The notes under the pieces were generated by a model. That model saw only the letters and a list, made by a program, of their open reading frames with translations. It was not told the origin of the DNA and did not search any database. The position numbers and the translations under genes were made by a program. This document shows, piece by piece, positions 50,901 through 62,900 of a DNA stretch of 64,000 nt. Source of the stretch: Amphiscolops sp. MND2022 (Eukaryota); NCBI GenBank assembly GCA_964187785.1, contig OZ076409.1:51524001-51588000 (forward strand), written 5' to 3'. The stretch's first letter is position 1; every line of letters starts with the position of its first letter.

Positions 50901-53900
50901 CATAAAATATATTCCCGATTTGCCAACAAAATATGACCCTGGCATGATTCCCTCAAATACCAAAAATTGAAATACAAAGAGTTCCAAGAACCGACTAACC
51001 TTTTGAGCACAGTTCGACGAACCCAAGTGACGCCACATTTGGCTGCCAAAAGGGTTTTGAAAAAATAACATTGTAAAAAAGTAATTTTAAAACACTTTCA
51101 ACAATGCTTCAAAAGTTTCACAAAAGGTCTAAGATATAAATCAAAATGTTTAACTAGTTAAAGTCAAATGAATTACATATTACATTAACGTAATGACATC
51201 TTGTTCGCTCTCGTGAACTTTCTAGTTATTTAGTTTCAAAGACACATTCAACCAAACTGTATTTTTCACAAAACAAACAAATACAAGCAAACAAAAATTA
51301 TAAAAACTAATTTGTAAGCTCTTTCTGGTATTGGTTAACCTTACGCAGAGACTCTTTGATACAATAGTCAAGGAAACGTCGATAAGAACCCTCGACCAAG
51401 TGGACCCGATCCTTGGAGTACTGCAAGTCGATATCACAGTCAATAAAAAAGCTACGGAAACATTTTCTAAGTCTTCCATTCAAAAGATCACAGCCCAGTC
51501 GCCCATTGTCTCTTGAAATAACTCGAAGTACCAGTCCAATTTTTTTCTCAACACAAAACGTCATGAACTCTTTTATGGATCGGAAAGCCTCCCCGACTGT
51601 TTTGGGAATATCGGGTTTACGCGGATGGTTGGAAACATCATTGCCGCCCATCTCCACCAAAATCAAATCGAAACTGTCAATGTCATCACATTATTTTTTC
51701 CAATCAGTGGCCTTCAAACCACTTATACCTCTAAAAACAAGTTGTTCATCTGTTGAAACAAAGGCCATCCTGGCCACGTGACTGTCGCCAAATACAAGAA
51801 CACGCATCTGAAAAATTTCTATACAAGCTTGGTTCTAAGTGAAAAAAGTCGTTAATATTGACAAGCCGGGAACGACCCAAGTCAGCGCCATATCTAAGGT
51901 TCAAAAATAGCAATGGGACAACAAAGTGTTAAGTATTTTCGTCTACAGTACCCAAAAAAACCGAAACTGTAAAAACGCACGATTCGAACTAACCGAAAAG
52001 AAAACGCAAAAAGAAAACCATTAAGTAATACATGCTTTGTGAACTGTGAGACAACCAATAGGAAATACCATTTGTTAAGCAATAAAAAATCATTCATTAT
52101 AAACGAAGAAACTCAGTTTGGAGAAGCAATAAACAATCGGTCCTTAATTAGTTTTTATTTACCTCACCGCCCCTTGAGGCAGATCTACACCTTTTGCCTC
52201 GGGTTGACATTCGCAACCGTCAGCGAGGTCCATGGAACCCCCTCTGAAAAGAACAGGGCTAAGAAAAAATACTTACCTTTTGCAATTATTTCGGGGTCCC
52301 GACTGTTGACGTAGACTTCATTAAACACACTTCAGCGCGTTCATGTTAATAGAAAAAATTTTTAAAATGTTAAATGCGAGGCAAATTGCAAGAAAAGTAA
52401 ATGCAGACAGAAGAATACTTGGCCAACTTGATACCTTCAACCCTGAAACGATGACAAACCAGATTAAAAAGCGGTGGAACGTTAGATTAAGCAATAACCC
52501 AATTGCCAATTTGGTATTGAGAGTTCACGAAAAAGAAATGCTGCCGAAATGGTTGAGTAAATAGCAAATGAACCAAATGGTGCAGCTGCTGTCAGAACAA
52601 AGTCATCTTGGATTCTTCAAATTCAAAATTGGCCGGTGTTTCACCCGATTATGTACATGTATGATAGAAGATGAAACTGCAGACCACTTCTTAAAAATTT
52701 GCGCTTTTTATGAAAATTTGAGAGAACTCTGGCAGCCTAAATCAATACAAAATTTAGTTGACAACAACAAAGAAGACTGGAAAAACGCATTTAGATTTGT
52801 AGAGGCAGCGAAACGACTATAAACTTCTGAGTAAACTACCGGAGAACGAAGGAGGTGTGTGTATGATTGGATGATTACGATGATGAGAAGCGGAAGATCG
52901 ACTCGAGAAAAAAGTCCGCCGTAGAATTATAAGAAAGTCCGCTCAAATTGTGATATCTGTCATTCCTAATTAATTAATTTAATTAATTCCCAGAAAACAA
53001 AAAAATATAAATAAGGACCGTGCGAACTGGAACCATGTAAAAAAAGATCAAAAATTACCGAAAAACCAGTGGAATAAGATCTAAAATTACCGAAGGACCA
53101 CTGGAATAAGGGTGCCTATTCATACAGCAGAAAATGAAAATTTGGTCCCATACAGCCGAATTCAAATTACTAGCTTTTAGTGCTGTTACAGCCAATATGT
53201 TGGAACTTGATTTGTTTAAAAAGGTTTGAATATTTGTTGTATGGCTCGGTCGCTTCGCTCCCTTCGCCAAGTAGCAACATTGAGGCATGGCCATATGGCA
53301 CGTCGCTCCGCTTCGCTTCGCTCCTGCATTTAGGGCACTAGGGGTATGTGAACATAGCTAACTACGTTATAATAATAATTCCGACAAAATCTGACACGCG
53401 TTTTCAGCTTAGTGAATTCAATTCGATTTCAAATTTCAGCCAATCAGATTGCAACATAAAGAAATATTCTACTGTTTGAGACCAATTTTTCATTTTCTGC
53501 TGTTTGGTACTTCGGCTGTTTGGGAATTCCCCGGAATAAGATCTAAAATTACCGAAAAACCACTGGAATGATATAAAATCATAGGAAACAACACCGGAAT
53601 AAGCTCTGAAATGACCGAAAAACCAGTGGAATAAGATCTGAAATCACCTAAATGAAACCGGAATAAGATCTAAAATTACTGAAAAATCACAGGTATAAGA
53701 TCTAAAATCACCGAAGAACCACTGGAATAAGATCTAAAATTACCGAAAAACCACTGGAATGATATAAAATCCTAGGAAAAACAAAACAATTGAACCTTTC
53801 TGATTGGTTAAAAATTGAAATTCAACCTTGCGTTATTTTCTCTCTTGCGCTGAATCATTGTTACAGCCAATATGTTGGAACTTGATTTATTCGAAAAGGT

Positions 53901-56900
53901 TTGCATATTTGTTGTATGGCTCGGTCGCTTCGCTCCCTTCGCCAAGTAGCAACATTGAGGCATGGCCATATGGCACGTCGCTCCGCTTCGCTTCGCTCCT
54001 GCATTTGGGAAACCACATTCTTGATGACGAATAGCAGTCGCCGATTTGATCATACATTTACATCTAAAATTACCGAAGAACCACTAGATTATGATCAAAA
54101 TTTACCGAAAAACCACTGGAATATAAAATCACTGGTAAAAAAAGCGCTGGAATAAGATCTAAAATCTCTGAAGAAAACACCGGAATAAGATCTAAAATTA
54201 CCGAAGAACCACTGGATTATGATCAAAATTTACCGAAAAACCACTGGAATATAAAATCACTGGTAAAAAAAGCGCTGGAATAAGATCTAAAATCCCTGAA
54301 AAAAATACCGGAATAAGATCTAAAATGACTGAAAAAAACACCGGACTAAGATGTTAAATGACTGGAAAAAACACCGGAATAAGATCTAAAATCCCTGAAA
54401 AAAATACCGGAATAAGATCTAAAATGACTGGAAAAAGCACCGGAATAAGATCTAAAAAGACTGGAAATACACCAGAAAAAGATCTAAAATCACTGGAAAA
54501 AAACACCGGAATAAGATCTAAAATCCCTGAAAAAAATACCGGAATAAGATCTAAAATGACTGGAAAAAACACCGGAATAAGATCTAAAAAGACTGGAAAT
54601 ACACCAGAAAAAGATCTAAAATCACTGGAAAAAAACACCGGAATAAGATCTAAAATCCCTGAAAAAAATACCGGAATAAGATCTAAAATGACTGAAAAAA
54701 ACACCGGACTAAGATGTTAAATGACTGGAAAAAACACCGGAGTAAGATCTAAAATCCCTGAAAAAAATACCGGAATAAGATCTAAAATGACTGAAAAAAA
54801 CACCAGAAAAATCTTAAATCACCCAAAAAAAATCACTAGAGTAAGATCTAAACTCACTGGATAACCAGTGGAAAAGGTTTTCGGACACGATTTGAAACTG
54901 CAAACAGGGTTTACAGCTACTTCAGAACCGGTCCTTATAATTTTCCCATTTTGTTAGGCTTTGATGCATTAAGGTCGAGAATTTTGTCTCAAGGTATTTT
55001 GTGTACCAACATTCAGTTGCTAGAAATGTTGAACGAAATTTTCACTTTCGAAATTTTCGAATTTTCCACCGATGGTCCATCGGTGGACCACCGGTGGGAA
55101 AGCCTCCACGTTAGCTAATTTCCCCCCACCGATGGCCATTGGTGGTCCACCGATGGCCACCGATGGATTTCCCTGGGTTGTCAGTACGGGTCATTTCTTC
55201 ACAAATAATAGCCGCAGCTCCAATCGGTTTTCTGTTCCTGAAAGCCCTTTACCTAAGCTTTTAAATGCACACTAGTTAGGTCGCGAGTTGGCGCCACTTG
55301 TTGGGGTGAGAGCGCCACCCCGGCTGCGCCGGGCGTTTCAAATGTCAGTTGAACTCATAACTGAAGCTTCATTGGAAAAACTTCTATATGCGTTTTCAAT
55401 GGTGGCAAACTGTGTTACTAGAGTGGGAAGTAACTTAGCAAACAGTTACTCAGTTATTGAGAAACAAGCCGGGAACAAAGTCGGCGCCATATCTAAGGCT
55501 CAAAATTTAAAAGGGGGACCCTTCGGGCTTTGTGAAACTCCAGCTGGTTGCAAAAAATTTTTTAAAAATGAAGGGGGGACCCTTTGGAGACATGAAAAAA
55601 TATCCGAAAAAATTTTTTAATGAGATTTTTGAACAGTGTCACAGTGCCGAAAAATGTAAAAGGGGGACCCTTTGCGATTTTTTGACATCCATTGTGTTGC
55701 AAAGCATCAAAAAAAATTGAAGGGGGGACCCTTTGGGGAAAAAATTTCAATCCAAAAAGTTTCAAAAAGTCGCATAGTTCTGAAAAAAAGTGGGGATTCT
55801 TAGTGTGATTTCGAGGTTGTGGACGTCTGTTTTGTTTTTTCTTTTCGTTTTGGACGCTTCTGAGGTTGGAGTTGTTGAGGTTTGAAGTTGTGGAGGTTGT
55901 TGAACAAATGAACAAAAAGTGGACCTTTCGTGTCTCAAAAAAAAAACTACCCACTGTAATAGTCTGGCACATTTTCTACTAAAATGCGCCGACTAAAAAC
56001 GAATTTTCTGAAATGTACTTTTTTGCAATTTTTTTCAGTTACTTTTTTGCCAGTGGCTCCGAAAAAATCTATATTGACACAAATAACAATTCACACCAGA
56101 TAGTCCAATAGATTGTCGATAAGAAAAACAATTTTTCGTTTTCCTCTATGCTTTTTGCGTGTCGTAATTTATTTATTGCGAACAAAATCGCTGTCCTCAT
56201 TTGAGGACGAAATCACTGTCGAGGTTAAAAAAAATTTTGAAGCTGTTGATTTTCTATCGTTGCTGGTCATTGTCAGGTGTCACTTGCTTCTTGAAGTTGT
56301 TTGTGGTCAGAATTTTTGGTATGGTGTGAAAAGCCGAGTAGGCTCATCTTGTGTTCGAACATGATCATGAACATCTTCAAACCATGAAAAACTTTGTTAT
56401 AGATCACGGCAATTTGCAGCAAATGTCCGGTCAACTTCAAAGCGAAGAGCAGCAAGCAGAAACTGTGCAGCATGTGATTGTGTTTTTGCTGAACAGCTTC
56501 GTGAACGGAACTGAATCTCTGACTGATGTCTATGTCGATGAAGTGCTGGATCTCTTGTATTCCTTGTGTACCCAAGGAGACAACAGAAGAATTCTTTTGA
56601 ATAGGTTCATATAACTGTTTGTGAAAACTTCGGAATTCATGAGACTTTTGTTCTCTATCACTCTTCACGTGGCAGTGTTTTGATAAATGAGTTTGCTCAT
56701 GGCATAGGCAATCATTTCGAGTAAACGCCTTGATTTTGAGTTTTGACAGTTGTGGGCTTACCTTTTTTTGTTTTTGTTTCGTGATCGTGCCATGACCTCT
56801 TATTACCTAATTACTAGTCTAATCGCTTCGTTTCTATTTCAGGATGTCTGTGTTAGTGTCGTGGTTGGAAGCCAATTTAGCCACAATTTCGGAAAGTCCT

Positions 56901-59900
56901 CGAATATCCTTAGTCAGCGTGGCTCACTTGATTCATGCTATATCTGCCATCCTGTGGCAACTCCACTCCGTTTTCAGTGCATCTTTGGGCGCCTCGAATC
57001 CAATGCCCATGGTTGTGACTGCTCAAAATTTTACCAATATATGTCAACATGTTCTTAACAGTGGTCTCATTTCTGAAAACAACATATCTGCATCAACTGT
57101 TCTCAAAAACTCTTTCGATTGGCTTTTGTGTTCTTATACACACATGCATCCCTCATTCTTAAAAACTCTTTTGCGTCTGCTTGGATGTCGGGATTTGCAA
57201 ACCCAGGACTTGAACTCGACAACTGGTGGTCCCATGAGTCCTCCCTCGCCTGTACCTTCGTTTTCAGCATCCGGAGTGGTTGTGAACGATGACGCGAAGC
57301 AGCAAAAAAGTTTCCTTGCAAAGCAATGGTGGGCGAACCTCGGAAGAAGTCATTTGGCTACCTTGCATCATTGTCTTCTAGATACAAGAGTTTTGGATGT
57401 ATTCAGGAACTTTGCGCCTGTTGCGGATATGTTCTCGCTCTTGATCGATCTGTCATTGGCTGATGAATCGAAGAGTTCTTCAGCTAATGAAGACTCAACT
57501 TGCGAGCAAACGAATATGAAAACCTTAATTCGGCTCTTGGAATTTTTAACTAACATCAGTGAAAACAACCCCAGGGCAAAACGATGGCTGGGTCAAGCTG
57601 AGAAAACAAGATTCTGGTCGCCATTGCTGACATCACTATGTTACGATCAATCAAGGCAACATAGTTTGAATCTGACTGAAGCTGCTCTGCGTTTTTTCGA
57701 AACAGTGGCCGATGATAACACCAACAACCAGAGAAATTTGGCTGAAATTGTCAGCCAACTCATATCGCAGAAAAAGGACGCTTTGAACAGTTTTGTAAAG
57801 CAGTTGATTTTGAACGTGTTCTTGAAGGAAGAGAGAGTTCTGGTTGTCATCAAATCACCAAAGGTTATTGAATTTTTATGATGAAAATTGAATTCCAATA
57901 CCTTTTTGAATACAATACGGCAAATGAGTTTTCATGGGTTTCTCCAATGAGTTTTTCAAACGGCTTGAAGGATTCTCATCAAATATTGTTAGATCGCTGA
58001 CCAATCTCAATAATTCACTATCGCTATTTTTATCCGTTTCGATCATTCTAGGAAAAACTGATGAAGTGGAGTAGCGGTTTCGACCTGCCTGCGATGGGAC
58101 ACCCGAAATACGGAATTGGGCACCATGTTGTGTACGGGAAAATAGACGCAGAGTCCACAATTGAGTCTCTTGTGTTGGAGATCGTTGATCAGAACAAGTT
58201 GAAAAGCGATTCGCCCGTAATTGTCAGTGATCCTGCTTCTTCCACCTCGAAACAAGACACGGCTTCAACTAGCAGCAATACCACGAATTACACTGTGCTA
58301 TCCAAATCCAAAATGAAGTCTTCAAAGGGTTTGCTCTGAATTTTATTTGTGAAATCGTTGAATATTGACACAGAACTTCTTATAGGAAGAAACTTTAGAA
58401 AATGGAAAAGTGTCATTTATGAAATATATATAACAAAAAATGCCCGCTAACCACCGTGATATTTTACGCCCTGGTTTTTTAGCGACAGTATCTTTTCATA
58501 TTTCGAGCGTAGCCGATACACTTCGAACTTGCACAAAATGATCAGAAAAGTTGAAATTTTTGACACTTTTCAGTTCATTCCAGGCACTTTATTCCAGCAA
58601 AACCTTCGATTTCTATATCGAAGCTACAATAAGTAACTAATATTTTTCAATAAATTCTTTGGATATTCATACCCACGAAAACATGATGAAAACAAGATGT
58701 ACCAAACTTGCAAAAATGGTCGAAAATTGGAAAATTCGATTATTTCATACATATGCTACGACCCATATTTTATGGTTTTTGAATTTTGTTGAAATCATAA
58801 AACTGAAATAACGCAGCTATTTTAGTATTTTTCTTTTCCATATTGAAGTAGGGCAAAAAATAATACTCATTTAATATTAATGCAATAATCTGATGAAATA
58901 ATGGTCTCATATGCTATGCATTATTTTATGATGAGATCATGTGCCTTGACTTGTGTATTCTTCTATTGATTGAAATATCTTACTTCGAGAATTTAGTAGC
59001 TGTAAAGTATTAATTGAATCCGAAGCTCTCAGTTTTGATGTCATTCTGAAGCGGTGATATGATAATCTTATTGTCGGCAATCAATTTTCAGCTGTTTCTA
59101 GTTGGTGCATTTTGTAAAAAAAATGTACCCGACTGTTAGTGACTAGTTTTTTAGTCGGCGTTTTCGACGGAAATGCATGACTCTTACAGTGGCTAGTTTT
59201 TTTCGTCAGTTCAACGCGATCGGTCCACTTTTTCTGTTCATTCAGATTTTTTGTGTTCAGACTTTCAGAAGCAGAACGTAGGGTTCGAGTCTCACACTAA
59301 ACCACAAGTTTTTTAATGTTTCCAAAAGTAGAGGGTAGACCAAAGGGTCCCCCCTTTGGATTTTTTTCGGCATTATGCGACTTTTTTTGAAAATTTTTGA
59401 ATTCTATCAAAGGGTACTCCCTTGAAGTTTTTGAAGTTGTCGGTTTGTAAAAAAAAAACGTTTAATGAGCCTAAAGGGTCTCTTTGGGTGTTTCGGCATT
59501 ATGCGACTTTTTTTACCAAATACTTTTTTGAAAAATTTTAATTTTTGTCAAAGGCAAATTAGTTTTTTCTGATGTTTCCAGTGCAGAAAAAACTGATTTC
59601 GAGTTTCGGGGAAAACCCTTTCGGGATTTTTCGGCACTGTGCAATAAATGAGAAATTTCACAATAGGCTGAGTTTCCTTGAATATTATTGAGCCTTGGAT
59701 ATGACGCCGACTTGTGCCGTTCCCGGCTTGTTTTAAATTTCTTTCATGAGGCCACAGAATGTATGCGAATGGCCCATTTTGAACAAGAGATTTTGTTCAC
59801 GCAGCTAGTAAGTAAGAATGGGCGCTTCCCAAGCAGATAGACATCGGCTCGATTCCTGCCGCGGACGGAATATCTTTGTTTGCAAACCCTTGACGTGTCA

Positions 59901-62900
59901 AGGTCCCCCCTTTGGTTTTTTGGCACTCTGACTTTTTTTAGAATTTTTATTTCACCAAAGGGTCCCCCTGAGGTTCTCCCCGTGTTTCAACTTCCAAAAA
60001 GACGTTTTTCAAGCCTAAAGGTTCCCATCTTTGAGTTTTCGGCACTGTGACTTTTTCCAATTTTTTTCATCAATGTGGGTATTTTGTGATAATTTCATCA
60101 AGATTAAAAGCTTTTTTCGAGGCCTTCGGATATTTTTTCACACTGAAAGTTGTGAAAATTTCCCAAAAATTACCCTGAGAACTGCTCTTTTTGAGCTTGA
60201 AACGTTCCCGTCTTGTTCAAATGTTTGGTGATTGTTTTAATGAAGCTTCAGTCTTTTAAATACGACTCCCTAGGGTTAACTGTTTCTCAAGTATTTCATT
60301 CTAATCAAGGTAAAGTTTCATTTTATGTGTTGTAGTTCCTGCATCTCAAAAGCTCTGTAAAATCGAGCAGAAGAAAAAAATGCTGGAGAAGATATTCTCA
60401 GGCAAATCTTCACCCGGTCTTGTGAAGCATTTGGCTAAACATCCAACCGCCTACTGGGCCTCCAAACTGAAGACTCCTCAAAAGCTGACAGACGAACCCG
60501 GAGCATCTGTGTCTGTGGTCCAGAGTGCTTCTATCGTTAGCGTGTCCAAACTTTGGCGCTGTATTCACAAAACACTGGGTAATGACTGGCTCCCTAACAA
60601 CCTTACTTTCCGACAACTACTCAATTGTTTGAAACAAGTTCAATCCAGAGATGTCGAAGAGGGTTTCATAAAGTTGAATCTGGTGGGAATTTCTTCTCAA
60701 CAGTACGATGAAATGGATGTTGCAATTGCTGAGAGTTTGGATGCTATGAGTGACAGTCCTTTGAATTCTCAGTATTCGCACGTGCCTCGGCCTCCCCAGG
60801 TTTTCGCAAGCGTAGGGGGATTCACCAAGTTGGCTCTCAGGATACCTGTACTCAATCCTGATTTTGTAAAGTTGATGTGTGCCCATGGAAAAGAGTCATC
60901 AGGTAAGTTCTAGAACTTCCAATACTGATTATTCCCAGTAAATAGGTTCAGTGAATCAGTTAACGTTTTATTCGGAGAATAATTTTCTGAAACTTTGTCG
61001 TTCCTACTTCGTCAAAAACTCCATTCTTTGTTACGACTTTTGCTTCAAACATGCAATAAGCGAAATCGTTTGACTTTGCTTTTCAGGAGGAAACAACGTC
61101 ACTCCGACTTCCCGCGATTTGGCTGCTTTGGGGTTCCCAAACAGTGACCAATTAGATTTGAGTGATTGGGTTCTAGTGGACCCACATGCATTGGGTGGCA
61201 ACGCTTCGGCGGCTGGGAAACATGTTGGAGGATTCGGCTACAACAATGTGATAGATGTAGAAACGAGTGACGAAGAGAATTACCCTCTGGATTGGGTAGA
61301 TGAAATGGGATCGGGAGCGGGCGCTTCGGGATCCTCAGGTGCATCAAACTCAAATGCAAACACTACCGGAATAGCTGTAGTGGCTCCCCATTGTTTAGCT
61401 TTACTGGGACTTACCCTCCAGTTGCCCCTGTACGTTGAAGTGCTCTTGAGAGAAGAGAGAAAAGCAAGATTCCTGTTGAGAATTCTGTTGGGCGTGAGCG
61501 ATATTGGAGATTCAAGTTAGTGATCGTCTTGATTGATCTTAAAATTTTTACAATCCAAATTCTGAATGTCTAGAAGCTTTTGTAAAAAACCAAGAGTTCA
61601 ACAGTGGAAATGTTAGGCTCCAAAAGTTTACTACGAGACCATCAGTTCACCTCGAAACTATGCGGCCGGAAAATACTTGGTACTTCACTGCCTAAATGAT
61701 TGAATGTTAAATCTGTCAGTTCTCAAAGTCACTCGGTTTATTCACGCTCTACACCAATTTTGATGTATATTTTCTTTTGTAGATCAAGTTTTGATTCAAA
61801 GTAATTTTTTTAAAACGAAAACTATCTAAATGGCTGATAAGTAGTCAGATTTTTTTTCAGCAACCAGTATACTGTCAACCCCAGAAGCTAAAAACTTGTC
61901 AACATTGCCACTGGAAGCTTTGAGAAGTCTGTTCGACGAGTACCCTGTTAACACGGAGCTGGGCCTTGTGATCAGACAGCAATGTGTGGATGCGCAGATT
62001 TTAGATCTCCTTTTCGGTTGCTTGGCAGTGCTTACTCATCGCAACCCAAACTCGGTCGATGTCAAGAGTTACCAGTTTTTGTTTCCACCAACTTTGTTCG
62101 GGTGTCCGCCTTCCACTAATGCTCCCAAACAGAGCAACAAGTATTACGTGTCAGCAGCAGATGGGTCCATGAAACAACAGCCACAGTATTGGGCCAAAGG
62201 TACTGGGTTTGGAACTGGTTCTATGCAGAGTGGTTGGAATATGGAACAGTCCTTTTTGAGACGCAATTTCGAGGAGCAAAATTGCTGTGCCATTCTACAG
62301 GTGAGTAATTTGTTCAACGTTATTGGAAAGGAGGTACATAATCTGGGAGTTTTTGTGAGAAAGCGAAAATTCTTATTTTGTATAGACTTATCAAAAACGC
62401 ATTTAAATCAAAGTTTTTATAAATTTTTTCAATTCTTTTGTGTGAAGAATATTATTCAATTCACATTGACTTTCATCCCAGGTTTTGGCTGCTTTTATTG
62501 CTGGAACTGAAAAATCCTCACGTGACAGTTCGGGAAAAACATTGCGAGATGCGGAGAAGCCTGGGACTTCTTCCAGTGCCAATTTCATGACGGGTCCCTC
62601 CGACTGTCAGAACTCAGAAAGCATGGCCGTCGACATGTCTAACTTCAGCTGCCGTTTGCATGACCTCATATCGCAGAGTTGTCTTCTGGAAGTCCTGAAT
62701 AGCTACCTTAATAACGACTCAGTTTTGGATATCTCACGACATGTGGCCGTGTATCAAGCAGTTTTGGATGTTATAAGAAGTATGGTGACACATCGTGAAA
62801 CCTCCAATCAGCTGTTCCATTTACTGGAAGATTTCAGAGTTGATTCCAATTTGAAGGCTATTCGGTCTTGTGTGTACAATTACACTAATCAACTTTCCAA

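Larger units (their letters stand above)
39471..55190. mobile_element. CMC/EnSpm (CACTA-type) DNA transposon with cargo genes and nested repeats
   Basis: Left end cccgagttgacaacccagggaaatccatcggtggcca matches the reverse complement of the right end apart from 3 nt; tc flanks both sides; EnSpm-type transposase inside. Confidence 0.8.

Noticed and set aside
54354..54720. Repetitive ORFs (KNTGIRSK / ILDLIPVFF), also at 40047-40849
   Set aside because: Artefacts of a stop-poor minisatellite of about 33 bp
40026..54860. ggaataagatctaaaa arrays as CRISPR
   Set aside because: Spacers are not unique, no cas genes, eukaryotic intron context
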